A stretch of DNA of 64,000 bases from Eledone cirrhosa (Eukaryota): contig OZ024743.1 in NCBI GenBank assembly GCA_964016885.1, positions 333,994,001 through 334,058,000 of the forward strand, written 5' to 3'. Made by a program: the position numbers and the translations under genes. Position 1 is the stretch's first letter; each line of letters starts with the position of its first letter. Below, piece after piece: positions 1-11,965 of this stretch. Below the pieces are notes generated by a model. It was not told where the DNA came from. It saw nothing but the letters and a program-made list of their open reading frames with translations, and did not search any database.

Positions 1-382
1 CCAGTAATGCACTGGGTAATTGCTGGCCTTGTGCCTAAAGTAGAAACAATTAATTATAGATTATTATTATTACTCTTATTCCATTTCTAATTACCTCATG
101 TACTTTCTCCTCCGTTATATATATATTGTATGCCCTTTGTGTGTGTGTAGCCTCTGCACACCCTCTGCACCCTACTATCGACGCCACCCCATCTATGGCT
201 CCACTAACCACTCGACTCCCGGGAATGAATATGACCACAGCTAGTAAACAAGGACCCACACCCCACCCTCCCGCACCAAAATTAGACTTATCGTCCCCTG
301 CTTTTGCTCTTTACTCTCTTTACTCTTTGTTCTTGAATGTTTGGTTGGTAGAGTCCATAACACCAATCAAACCCCTTTTATA

Positions 383-427
383 GCTCTGACGAATCCTACG
401 GTTACGTAAGGAAGAAACATTGTAAGC
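383..427 (+). ncRNA. Type I hammerhead ribozyme motif (PLE pLTR remnant)
   Basis: GCT-CTGACGA-A-[TCCTACG GTTA CGTAAGGA]-A-GAAAC-ATT-GTA-AGC: stem I GCT/AGC, canonical core, GUA cleavage triplet. AATAAA follows, then (TA)n. Confidence 0.75.
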
Positions 428-469
428 CAATAAAAATCTTTTGATGTTGTAGACGCTCTTGTGTTCTTT

Positions 470-533
<64 letters not shown>

Positions 534-562
534 AATACATACATATATATATATATATATAT

Positions 563-930
563 ACTAGCAGAGGTGCCCGGCGTTGCTCGGATATTAAATA
601 GCAGTTGTGTATACCATTTATGTCAATACTTCAGTGCTGCTTCGAAAACTATACTTTTACAAAATCATCGGCTTTTTCCAAAAGAGGGTTCCTGCCCCCA
701 GGGGTCACCTACCCAATATGTGCCAATTCAACCAATCATTGATTGATTACAAAACAAAATATTTACACAGTATTCTAGATAGTCCAAGGCTCTTGAGAAG
801 GAATATAAGAATTCTTCGATGCTCTGCACATCACTATCATAATTTAGATAAATATCCGAAAAATAAACGAAACATTCGACATTGTCATGATAATTTTTTC
901 AATATTGGAAAATTATGGAACGATAAACAG
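563..930 (-). mobile_element. Non-autonomous Helitron-like element, 3' terminus
   Basis: The minus strand ends in the hairpin CCGAGCAACGCCGGG followed by CACCTCTGCTAGT (CTAG-T), the typical Helitron 3' end. The inner boundary is approximate. Confidence 0.5.
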
Positions 931-951
931 GCACACACACATACATACACA

Positions 952-983
<32 letters not shown>

Positions 984-1068
984 TACACACACATACTTGC
1001 ACATACACATAAACGTACATACGCGCATACACATATTGTTAAGGGTGTGTGTATTTAATGCCGTACAC

Positions 1069-4000
1069 CAGTAGTCGCCAACCTTTCTAAAACCGAGGAA
1101 CCCTCTAAATATTTTGAATTCTTCACGGAACCTATACAATACAAAACTTTTCAAAAAAAATAATAAAGTGTTAATTTATTTTAGTGTTTCATGCGTGTGT
1201 ATGTAATCGAACACAATGGCTTTTCTGCTGCTGCGCCTCATCAGTGAGTTTAGAAAATCGAGGTTCAACACTAGTTAATGCCAGTCTCATACACTCGTCA
1301 AATGCTGACAGTTTATTCCTCTTCTTTGTGCAGATTTCCACCAACTGTGAAAACCCTTTTTCGCACAAATAGCTAGATGGGAATAAAGTCAAATACTTCA
1401 ATGCAAGTTGGCTGATTTCATTAAACTCCCCAATCAAGAATAAGTCGATCCATAGTTCTTTCTTTCTGCTTTCGAATATCACTTTCAGGTCTTCGTTTGA
1501 ATTCAAATCCATCAACTGATGTAAGCATTGAGCAGGTAGTAAATTTTTACAATTTCCAGCGTCATTTTCTGACACTAACTGCTCGATCTCGGTGAACGGG
1601 TTTTTTATCCATAAATTTCCGCTAACAATATCTTTTTCCATCAAGTCAAAATAATCTGAAAAGCCTGTGGAAAGCACATTTAAATGAGAAAGAATAATCT
1701 TCTTTAGATTGCTGGAGTCAAAATTTTCTCTCTTTTTAAGCTCTATTTCAAGGTTTGAAAGTAATTGTCCGATTCAATTCTTTTTATAAAGATGTTTAAT
1801 TTTGATTGAAAATATGTAATAAAATTGATTGAAGTAAAAATATCTGCATTGTTACCCTGAAGACACTTATTTAGTTTGTTCAGTTCACCAAAAATGTCTA
1901 CTAAATAAGCGAGTTGCACATTCCATTCATTGGTTTTTAATACACTTGCTCTTTCATCATTCTGTTTTTTTAGAAAAACTATTATTTCTTCTCTCAGTTC
2001 AAAAACTCTCTTCATAGCATCCCCAAAAGACAGCCAACGCACACCATTGTTCAATAACAATCTATTATAATTACTTCCAGAAGATTCACAAATAGATTCA
2101 AACATTCTAGAATTTTTTGTTCTTGCATGGATTAAATTGATAATTTTGACAATGTCTTTCAGCTGGTCATTTAATATTTGAGCATCTCTGTCTTTGAATA
2201 TTTTTTAACACAAAACCTCTCGATGAATCATACAATGAATTGAAATACAATTTGGGGTCTGTTCTTTAATTTTTGCAATCAAACCAGAATTTTTACCAGT
2301 CATTGCAGCTGCTCCATCTGTTTTTATTGAAGTCAACTTGCTCCAAGATACACCATTTTTTAAAAAAATACTCTTCAATTTTATTGAATATATCTTGACC
2401 TTTAGTTGTGATGTCTAATGCCAGACAAAACAAATACTCTTCTACTAATTCTTTTTTATCAAGGTCTACAAACCGTATATAGCAAATTAATTGAGCCTTG
2501 TTATTAATATCCGTAGTTTCGTCCACTTGCAGTCCAAAACATGGGCTTTTCTTTAGTGCAGTTAGTATCTGATTTTCTATATCAGAAGAAATATCAATTA
2601 TCCCTCTTTTTACGGTATTTTCTGACAATGGTAACTGGCTTAATTTTTCTTTGTCCTTAATACTGCAGCTTTCAAACAGATTCTCTGTAGAAATTTTTAT
2701 ACTTGGCAGAATTAACTGTTCTCCTAATGTAAATGGTTTCTTGTTTTTACCAATCAAATGTGAAATCTCAAAAGATGTTCTTGTTAAAGCTTTATTTCTA
2801 TCTGACTTTTTACAAAACAAGTCATACATATTAGCTTGTGATTTTTTAATGTTGTTTTTCAGCGAAGTAAAGTATTCCAGTGACTTGTTTTTATCATTGG
2901 TGTGATTAGTATCAATGTGTCTTTTAAGTTTTGCAGGATTTAAACAGCTATTTGATAGAACTTTTGAACATAGCAAACACATGGGCTGGTCTGGTGTATC
3001 TTTTTTAGTGTCAGCTTTTTTAAATCCATATCTAACATAATCACCACACCACTGTCTAACCTTACTGCTGGTATCTAACTTCAGCTTCTTTGCAGTAGAC
3101 ATCATCTCAATGTTATTTATCTACAGTTAACATTTTTAATATGACATTAATAAACAAGAGAAATTAACAGTTTTTTTAATTACAAAAAGTACTTAAATTA
3201 ACTTTAATTTTAGATATTTGGAAAAACTTAACTAGTTTAAAAAAAATTTTAATTTTTAAAAATTGAAATTTCTCCATTTTAGGATGGCAAACATATTATT
3301 TAAAGTCTTATAATAATATTAAAATATTAGGGGTTACTGAAAAAGGTGCAAATTTATGAACAACTAGAATACATTTTTTTCAGAGTCCTGCACTTCCTGC
3401 ATATACTACTTTAGGGTCGTATTAAATATTATTGGTAATGTAAATATATTTAAATATCCGCCATACTAAAAGGTGCAAAAAATGCAATTCAGCTGATAGT
3501 GTAGATGTGACGATGGTATTGGAAATTAATTCAGATATCTTCTATCTATTTGACTCAAAGTTAGATATAATATAAGAAGGCTTTAGGCTGCGTTAAACAT
3601 ATATTAGATTGGAACAAATAAAGTTTAGTCAAATGTTTATGGACATATATATTTATTGTATAAGGTAATTTCTCAATTGTGAATGCAGATGTCATCAAAT
3701 GAATACATAATTGTGTGGCAAAGTTTATAGTGTATGCATGGAATACAACATTACCTTTGTTAGTAGTCAAAACTTTACAGACGTTATATTTTCTGTGCAA
3801 AGTACAACAGAATGTAACGTGTTATTATTTAGAATTGTCTGTGGAACTGGATGCATGTTGAAAACGACTAGTAAGCGAGTTCACTCAGTGAGGAAACTTT
3901 AGACGACTTTAAAGCTTTTGTGAGGGCAGCAGATTAAAACGTGTTCTCTATTGAAAACATTCTACTGAACTTACGTTGTGAGAACAGCGAACTGACCCTG

Positions 4001-4449
4001 CCTCTTGGCTGAGAGACCTCGCTGAACTGAAGTTTTCAGTTTAAAGTTATGCTGTCATCGACCAACATTTACTTGTTCGTGATTGGTCAATTTCTAAGTT
4101 CAATTAGTGTATTATGAGTAGTAGTCAAATCCTCGGAATTCAGAAAACTATGTCTTTTCAAGAATTGATGTGAAATTGAAAGTATTCAATTTCCACGAAT
4201 CTCAGAACTGTTTTTCTGCTAATTCAAGTGAGAAACTGAAAGTAGTGTTTTCGACGAATTGGAGTGGAGAACCTGTGTACACTACAATAGTACTCGTTCA
4301 TTTATACATTGCACCTTTGGCATTTTCTTTGCACCTTTTTCAGAAAACCCAAAATATTAATGGTAATGTAAATATTTATTTTTTTAAGGAACCCGGAGTT
4401 TGTTTTACGGAACCCCAAGGTTCCGCGGAACCCATGTTGGCGACCACTG
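1069..4449 (-). mobile_element. Complete hAT DNA transposon, Buster/Charlie subfamily
   Basis: 14-bp TIRs CAGTAGTCGCCAAC (1069) and GTTGGCGACCACTG (4436-4449) with one mismatch. Perfect 8-bp TSD CCGTACAC (1061-1068, 4450-4457) with central TA. Subterminal GGAACCC repeats. Confidence 0.95.
1189..3105 (-). pseudogene. Disrupted Buster-type hAT transposase (ZBED5/SCAND3-like family)
   Basis: BED finger CLLC...LKRHIDTNH, DETTD, TDGAAAMTG, HCMIHRE, VRWLS and CEKGFS, spread over three frames. Frameshift near 2360, in-frame TAA near 2206, frameshift near 1760. Confidence 0.92.
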
Positions 4450-5074
4450 CCGTACACGATAGATTCCTAATTTATTGAAACGATATTCTAAGACAGAGAA
4501 AGACAAACAAAAAGCTAGCGGCTGAAGAAGAAAGGGAAATAATTTCAATGAACCACGCATAAATTTATGGTTGAAATTTCGCATTTAAAGTAAGTGGGAT
4601 TTTTATTTGGAGATGAAGAACAGCTAAGTTAATAAATGTTTGGTTTTGAACTTTCACTTCAACAGCATAACATAGACCTTTTCATGAAAAACAAACATAT
4701 AAATATATTGGGCAAGACATTGTTCAACAAGAGTTGAATCATGTCTTGGGTAAGGTTAAATTGAATATTAAAGCCGTTTATATAAAAAGAAAACAAACAC
4801 TATTAAAGGGAACAAAACAAAAAAGAAATGAAAAGAAGAAAAATAAAAAAAATTAAGCAATGACAGAAATGGAAAGGGGGAGTGAGTGACAAACACTCTA
4901 CCCAAGTCTGAGCAGTGTTTCAGCCGCGCCCCACGGAAACATAGTAAAGGCATTACCGTGGGCCAGCGTCGTTTCGATTTTACGAAGGAAATCACAAGTG
5001 CGTCCTCTCAACCAATACGGTGCAGTGAGTGCCGCTGGATGATGAACTCCGATGATGTTCTTCCACGCTTTTCT

Positions 5075-5772
5075 ATCCACGGTGCTGACCTTAGCCTGGT
5101 CGAGGTCGAGTTATCCACGGTGCTGACCTTAGCCTGGTAGAGGTCGAGCTACCCCCATGGCGCTGACCTTAGCCTGGTAGAGGTCGAGTTATCCACGGTG
5201 CTGACCTTAGCCTGGTAGAGGTCGAGCTATCCTCGGTGCTGACCTTAGCCTGGTAGAGGTCGAGCTACCCCCACGGCGCTGACCTTAGCCTGATCGAGGT
5301 CGAGTTATCCACGGTGCTGACCTTAGCCTGGTAGAGGTCGAGCTACCCCCATGGCGCTGACCTTAGCCTGGTAGAGGTCGAGTTATCCACGGTGCTGACC
5401 TTAGCCTAGTCGAGGTCGAGCTACCCCCACGGCGCTGACCTTAGCCTGATCGAGGTCGAGCTATCCACGGCGCTGACCTTAGCCTGGTAGAGGTCGAGCT
5501 ATCCACGGTGCTGATCTTAGCCTGGTCGAGGTCGAGCTACCCACGGCGCTGACCTTAGCTTGGTAGAGGTCGAGCTACCCACGGCGCTGACCTTAGCCTG
5601 ATCGAGGTCGAGCTACCCCCACGGCGCTGACCTTAGCCTGATCGAGGTCGAGCTACCCACGGCGCTGACCTTAGCCTGGTAGAGGTCGAGCTATCCACGG
5701 TGCTGACCTTAGCCTGGTCGAGGTCGAGCTATCCACGGTGCTGACCTTATCCTGGTCGAGGTCGAGGTCGAG
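5075..5772. repeat. GC-rich 37-40 bp minisatellite, about 18 copies
   Basis: Head-to-tail unit ATCCACGGTGCTGACCTTAGCCTGGT(A/C)GAGGTCGAG(C/T)T with no unique spacers. Confidence 0.95.
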
Positions 5773-5876
5773 GCGCTGCTATTTCAGGTCCTCTTCGATT
5801 TGTTTCGCCCATGTGGATAGTGTTGGACTCCCCCCCCCCATATATATATATATAATTAACCCAAACCAACTAGAAT

Positions 5877-6079
5877 AATGATTTCTACTATAGGCACAAG
5901 GCCAGCAATTTTAGGGGAGGGGAAAGTCGATTAAATCGACTCCAGTGCGTGACTGGTGCTTTATTTTATCGACCCCGGAAGGATGAAAGGCAAAGCTAAC
6001 CTCGGCTTAAAGGGACATAACTCTATGTCGCGAAGCATGGTGTCTGACGCTTTACCGATACTGCCAATCCACTGCCCTT
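5877..6079 (-). mobile_element. tRNA-derived SINE family A
   Basis: Reverse complement of the GGCAGTGGATTGGCAGTATCGGTA head and the TTTGCCTTTCATCCTTCCGGGGTCGATAAAATAAAG core shared by many copies in the window. Confidence 0.85.
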
Positions 6080-6239
6080 ACCAACTAAAATAATATTAGC
6101 AGCAACACACGACAGCTATTGTAGTGTTCGAATACAATAAAACATAATCATCAAAAGTGTTTGACTAATTTTATTAATAACCAAAGAACAGTTAAGGAAT
6201 GAGTCATTGAGAAAATTAAACTCAATCCCAAAGTATCAA

Positions 6240-6485
6240 GATTAGAATGTCTCAGGAAAGAATCGGTGGACAGATTTTACGGGCAAAACCAACCGGCTGG
6301 AGACCCAGGGGCAGACCCCGAGCAAGATGGTTGGATAACATTCATGAGCTTGGCTGTTCTCGCTTGGGGTTCCAGCCGGATCAGTTGGAAACGGTTGCTT
6401 CTGACAGGACACGCTGGAAGAAGTGTTTGAGGACTCTGCCCAAACGACCCTCTCAGGAATAAGTGGGTGAAGAAGAAGATGAAGA
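6240..6485 (+). mobile_element. RTE-clade LINE 3' end fragment
   Basis: RPRGRPRARWLD...ASDRTRWK C-terminal motif typical of RTE ORFs, followed by a (GAA)n-like tail. Confidence 0.75.
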
Positions 6486-6869
6486 CTTTCGGTTTGTTCC
6501 CAGAACAGAATGCTCTAGAGATCATGTAAGTCCTAATTGCAGATTAACAATTTCTAATACTTGTAATTAACACGTTTTAGACGGAAGCGAAATCGTACAG
6601 TCCAGGCATTTGAACCGTCAGTTTTTTAAAACATTTTCTTTGTTAAATTGTTAAATATCTTATATGTCTTTCATTCATTATCAGCTCTATTATGTTCTAT
6701 TTGGGCATCGTCGCTTCACAATTGTATCGTTGTGAGTTAGATATAATATAGATTTTCACACACATTATTATTGAGCAAGTTCTGGGAACAAGATGAAAAT
6801 GATAGCGAACGTCTCTATGTATTTAGCAAGGTATCGATCGAAATTTCCATTATATATATATATATATAT

Positions 6870-7062
6870 GTAAAACAAAGGAATTGTGGTAAGGAACCAG
6901 ATGGACCATAACGCACCAGAGTACTCAACACTTAGGGTAGTAGAGTGGGAAATAGGAAAAAGTATGACCCCGACGGCAGAACTCAAGCCGTTTCGACGGC
7001 TATTTCAGTCCAGAAATAGCCGTCGAAACGGCTTGAGCTCTGCCGCCGGGGTCATATTTTTT

Positions 7063-7066
<4 letters not shown>
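6870..7066. mobile_element. Fold-back repeat family X in (TA)n (other copies 7530-7664, 8209-8415, 36250-36340, 38960-39185, 42311-42501)
   Basis: Shared sequence AACGAAGGAAATGTGGTAAGGAACCAGATGGACCATAACGCACC...GAGCTCAAGCCGTTTCGACGGCT, usually followed by a shorter inverted copy. Outer ends abut (TA)n. Confidence 0.8.
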
Positions 7067-7095
<29 letters not shown>

Positions 7096-7240
7096 AGTAA
7101 GAATATTTTCGAAACAGCGAGTGGGTTTGAAATTATTAGAAATGTAAGTTATCGCCGTATTTTGACTAAAGAAATTAAAGAAATTATTTAGCCTGATAGT
7201 GGGGTTAAGAACCCTCGGAGAAATGGAAAAAGATGAGTAT

Positions 7241-7306
7241 TGACGTACATGGGAGTCGAACCCACATCTTTGGTTATCCGGACCACTGTGATACCATTCA
7301 CCCGTC
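7241..7306 (-). pseudogene. tRNA-like pseudogene or SINE head inside a repeat
   Basis: Minus strand GACGGGTGAATGGTATCACAGTGGTCCGGATAACCAAAGATGTGGGTTCGACTCCCATGTACGTCA has an A-box-like segment and the T-arm GTGGG-TTCGACT-CCCAT, but an incomplete acceptor stem. Confidence 0.5.
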
Positions 7307-7663
7307 TTTTTCCATTCAAATTAGAAGCTATAAACTTAGCGACTGTAATGTCAAGTAAGAATATTTTCGAAACAGCAAGTGGATTTGAAATTATTAGAAA
7401 TGGAAGTTAACGCCGTATTTTGACTAAAGAAATTAAAGAAATTATTTAGCCTGATAGTGGGGTTAAGAACCCTCGGAGAAATGGAAGATGTGGGTTCGAC
7501 TCCCATGTATGTCAATACTCATCTTTTTCCAGAATTAGCCGTCGAAACGGCTTGAGCTCAGCCGTCGGGGTCTTACTGGTTCCTATTACCCACTCTACTA
7601 CCCTAAGTATTGAGTACTTTGGTGCGTTATGGTCCACCTGGTTCCTTACCACATTTCCTTCGT

Positions 7664-7688
<25 letters not shown>

Positions 7689-7694
<6 letters not shown>

Positions 7695-7787
7695 TTCTAC
7701 AGGACTAGAACTGTTTCATTCTTTAGAAATCATCAGGAATCTGATGATTTCTAAAGAATGAAACAGTTCTAGTCCTGTAGAATCTCA

Positions 7788-7788
<1 letters not shown>
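7689..7788. repeat. Perfect palindrome (48-bp arms, 4-nt spacer) of two back-to-back hammerhead cores in (TA)n
   Basis: 7741 CTGATGA-T-TTC TAAA GAA-T-GAAAC-A-GTT and its exact reverse complement ending at 7736. A related fragment lies at about 9450-9490. Confidence 0.8.
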
Positions 7789-7828
<40 letters not shown>

Positions 7829-7845
7829 GTATATATATACACACT

Positions 7846-7917
<72 letters not shown>

Positions 7918-7983
7918 TACAGATATATGTACACACACACTCACACACACACCCACCCACACATATATATATATATATATATA

Positions 7984-8084
7984 CAGCATGTCCCCCAAAA
8001 ATGTATAAACATTTCAACACCATTCTAATAAATATTGCCTGTATAGGTAATCAAAGTGTGTATACATTTTTTGATAACACCGTG
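7984..8084. mobile_element. Tc1/mariner-type MITE (related end at about 9255-9331)
   Basis: TA-CAGCATGTCCCCCAAAAATGTATA ... GTGTATACATTTTTTGATAACACCGTG-TA imperfect TIRs flanked by TA. Confidence 0.55.
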
Positions 8085-8168
8085 TATACATACATATATA
8101 TACATACACATATATATATATATATAGATAGTTAAACAGAAACAATATATATATATATATATATTATG

Positions 8169-8211
<43 letters not shown>

Positions 8212-8727
8212 CGAAGGAAATGTGATAAGGAACCAGATGGACCATAACGCACCAAAGTACTCAATACTTAGGGTAGTAGAGTGGGTAATAGGAACAAGTA
8301 AGACCCCGACGGCAGAGCTCAAGCCGTTTCGATGGCTAATTCTAGACTGTATTAGCAGTGCAGAATTAGCCGTCGAAACGGCTTGAGCTCTGCCGTCGGG
8401 GTCTTACTTGTTCCTATATATATATATATACATCAAGTAAGTATGTTTTGAAACAGTGAGCAGGTTTGAAATTAGAAAATAGAATAGCTTTCACCGTATT
8501 TTTGACTAAAGAAATGTTAGCCTGATAATGGGGTTTAGAACCCTCAGATAAATGGAAAAAGATGAGTATTGACGTATCTGTTAGAACACGAAAAGTGTGA
8601 AACAACAGAATGTTCACTTTTCGTGTTCTAACATATATGCCTAACATCTTCATAAATTTTTCGGGGATAGCCGTGGTGGTGGTGATCGTATGTCATTGGC
8701 TAATTTTCAACCAATCAGAGTAAGTGT

Positions 8728-8777
<50 letters not shown>

Positions 8778-10104
8778 TATTCCCCCTCTCTCTATATATA
8801 TCTTACGCTTTCGCTTTACACTCCTCCCCTTCAATAACACATTTCCCCCTCTCTATATATCTCTTCCACTGTTACTTACGCCTGTTTCTCTCTATCTGTT
8901 CCGTCTCTATATATATCTCTCTTACTCTTTCGCTTTGCACTCCTCCCCTTCAATACCATCTCTCCCCCTCTCTATATATTTGTTACTCTATCGCTGCACG
9001 CTCCTCTCCTTCAATATATCAATTACACACGCTTTACACTCCTTTATCCCCAGCGCCCCTATATATACACCCCCCTCCCGCATCTATATTTTAATGTTCC
9101 GTTGCACCGTGAATATATGTGTCTATATATATATACATATATATTGTATATACACATTCATGTATGTGTATACACACTCATGTATGTATATACACTGGTT
9201 TTATGTGTGTATTGTAAATTTGTACTGTTAAAACACGAAACTAACATTCGATTGACACTTTGATTACCTGTACAGGCAATAGTTATTAGAATGCTGTTGA
9301 AGTGTGTATATATTTTTGGGGGACATCCTGTATATACACACATTATATATAATACAATAAACAGATAAATACACACATATATATATGAGCTTATTTAATT
9401 ATAAATATTGTGAATTTTTAACTCAGTTCAATTATATATATAAATGGCTTCTACAGGACTAGAACTGTTTCATTCGAAAGAAATCATCATAATATTGAGA
9501 GGGGGGGACTAGATAAAATATTTCAAATCAAATGTTTATAAGTTATAAGTTAAAATGTATAAATAGAGACGATAGTGGAGGTATATCTGTTTAGTGGAAC
9601 AGTAGACGATAGAATTAAATACAGACGAGAATCTCCCTTTAATGAAACAGCAGACGATAGAATTAAGGCAATTTAAATTTTAAGCATTTGCATTTCATCG
9701 TTACGGGGTCGATAAAATAAAGTACCAGTAATACACTGTCACTATAAGTAGACGACTTTCAAATTGAATTGTTGGTTCCATTTCTTTAGTATTTTCAATT
9801 GTAGTTATCTACTTAAAAAGCGTTACACGGTTAGAGACATAATTGGTAAGTTATATCTTCCCTATTAAACCATTGCATTATTTCGCCTACAATAGAACAA
9901 AAATGAAATGTTCTTTAAAGAAACAGGAATATAACTTTATAAAAAAAAAAGTTGCATCCGCTTCTTTTATCATTGATAATTTTTTCGTTTTAATATTAAT
10001 TGTTTTTTGTAGTTGTTTATATTAAAAATCTTACTGTAATATTTACTTAAACGAAGGCAGACATCTAAACTTATAGATTAATCTTGAGCGAAGGACTAGA
10101 TAAA

Positions 10105-10157
<53 letters not shown>

Positions 10158-10161
<4 letters not shown>

Positions 10162-10465
10162 GAAGAATGATAACATTTCAAGCAAAGAGTTTAATTAGGT
10201 AATGACTTACAAATTTGTTTCAGTATATATTTAATATAATATTAATATATTTTGTAATATTATTAACTAATTATTATAATTAGCGCTTCAGGCTTTGTCT
10301 ATATACTGAAACAAATTTGTAAGTCATTACCTAATTAAACTCTTTGCTTGAAATTTTATCACTCTTCGTTTTGAATTTCTCCTAAGTATTCAATACTCTG
10401 TTGAGAAATACATTTTACATAAACAGTCTTTGTACCATTTATACGGTATTAATTACTTATATTTA
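10158..10465. repeat. Asymmetric inverted repeat in (TA)n (pLTR 3' remnant)
   Basis: 10158-10230 is the reverse complement of 10300-10371 and contains the GAAAC-AAATTT-GTA hammerhead 3' half. The right arm has an extension of about 90 nt before (TA)n. Confidence 0.7.
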
Positions 10466-10567
10466 TATATATATATATATAGCGTATGATTAGAACTGTG
10501 TTTATTATTAATATTTTAATGGATTTAATGAAAAATTTTAGGTGTTCATATATATATTCTAAAAATG

Positions 10568-10620
10568 CGCGAAATCGTGAATCCGCGATAGTTGAACCGC
10601 CAAGTAGCGAGGTATCACTG
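10568..10620. mobile_element. Tigger/pogo-like transposon terminus
   Basis: CGCGAAATCGTGAATCCGCGATAGTTGAACCGCCAAGTAGCGAGGTATCACTG followed by TA. Confidence 0.55.
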
Positions 10621-10651
10621 TATATATGTTTAAATATATAGTGTAGCTGTG

Positions 10652-11113
10652 ATGTATCTCGCGAGTGAATCGAGACCTGTCACTGATTTTGGTGTCCCCA
10701 CTGCCGATGTGAATGAGCAACGCTGCACTTGTGAATTGGGTCTTGATGTTGCAGCCAGTTCATATACTTACAATGATGCGGTCCCACAAGCTTGTTCACA
10801 TCCCTGTGCTAATAATCTAGATGGGCGTATTAAATTGGATGTGAAAGCAGCTTACCGGATGCGGAATCGGGAGAAGTTGAGACAAAAACAGGCCGATTAT
10901 AGAGCTGTGAATTTTGCTAAATTAACACAAAAACAGGCCAAGTATAGATGTTCAAAACGGTATGAGTTGGCAAACAAGCAGGCCAAGTATAGATCTGCAA
11001 ATTCAGCTATTATATCTCAAAAGCAAGCCGAGCGTAGAGCTTCTAAACGTACCGAGTTGGCTAAAGAGCAGACCGAGTACAGATCTGCAAATATCTTATT
11101 GCACAAACAATAA
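10652..11113 (+). CDS. Uncharacterised ORF with a Cys-rich N-terminal part and six 15-aa basic helical repeats (probably mobile-element or viral derived)
   Basis: Not microsatellite-derived. Repeats AAYRMRNREKLRQKQ/ADYRAVNFAKLTQKQ/AKYRCSKRYELANKQ/AKYRSANSAIISQKQ/AERRASKRTELAKEQ/TEYRSAN are conserved at the protein level. Confidence 0.45.
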   Translation: MYLASESRPVTDFGVPTADVNEQRCTCELGLDVAASSYTYNDAVPQACSHPCANNLDGRIKLDVKAAYRMRNREKLRQKQADYRAVNFAKLTQKQAKYRCSKRYELANKQAKYRSANSAIISQKQAERRASKRTELAKEQTEYRSANILLHKQ

Positions 11114-11139
11114 TTCTGCACAAATGTTGCTCCATTATT

Positions 11140-11320
11140 TTGGCAGTATTGGTAGAGGGTCGGATGCCATGCTTTCCAGCATAGTTACGTCCCTTTACGA
11201 TCTGAGTTCAAATCCTGCCGAGGTTGACTTTGCCTTTCATCCTTACGGGGTAGATAAAATAAAGTACCAGTAATGCACTGGGTAATTGCTGGCCTTGTGC
11301 CTAAAGTAGAAACAATTATT
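11140..11320 (+). mobile_element. SINE family A
   Basis: A box TGGCAGTATTGG, B box GAGTTCAAATCC, conserved core, and the GGCCTTGTGCCTAAAGTAGAAAC tail. Confidence 0.9.
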
Positions 11321-11504
11321 AGATCTAATGTTGCAACGATACAGTTAAATGTTGTCTGTGTATTTTAAAAAAGATTTGCTTATAATCTTTTCAAATTTCA
11401 TTACGCCAATGATTCAAGCTCAAATCGACATTATCTAAAAAATTGTACAAACAGCGGTGGATTAGCAGTAGTGAACAGATAAATCAGTCAATTTATTAAG
11501 ATTG

Positions 11505-11965
11505 ACTTGGCATCAATCAGCAAGACCTTCATTAGCTGCTCTCCAGCCATTTATTTAAAGCTGTATACATCTATGGTACGAATACACTTGGAGTTCGCGT
11601 CATCAGTCTGGAACCCCTATCTTGCTCAGAACATTGACCTCCTGGAAACTGTTCAGAGACATGCAACCAAGCGCATACCCTCCATCAGACACCTACCATA
11701 CCCTGAATATTTTGCTTCCCTCTGGCAATGGACTTGGTAAACACCCACAAAGTTATTAACCATCCGACCAACAACAACAACCCCGAACACCTTTTTGATC
11801 TCCATGTGTCTAACACGTGGACATGCCTACAAAGTCAGAAAACAACACAGCTCCCATGACTTTAGGAAATATTTCTTCATGCTCAGAGTTGCTGAAGGAT
11901 GGAACAAACTTTCTGCATCAGTTGTTAGCTGATGACACACTGCATCCTTTAAAACCATCATACAT
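11505..11965 (+). mobile_element. CR1-group LINE 3' fragment
   Basis: LYTSMVRIHLEFASSVWNPY...IDLLETVQRHATKRIP is the post-RT region of CR1/L2-type LINEs. Confidence 0.8.

Noticed and set aside
1189-3105. Domesticated host gene (ZBED5/ZBED8/SCAND3)
   Set aside because: It lies within TIRs and a TSD and has frameshifts and a stop, so it is a transposon copy and no gene symbol is assigned.
5075-5772. CRISPR-like array
   Set aside because: Units are contiguous with no unique spacers, there are no cas genes, and the context is eukaryotic.
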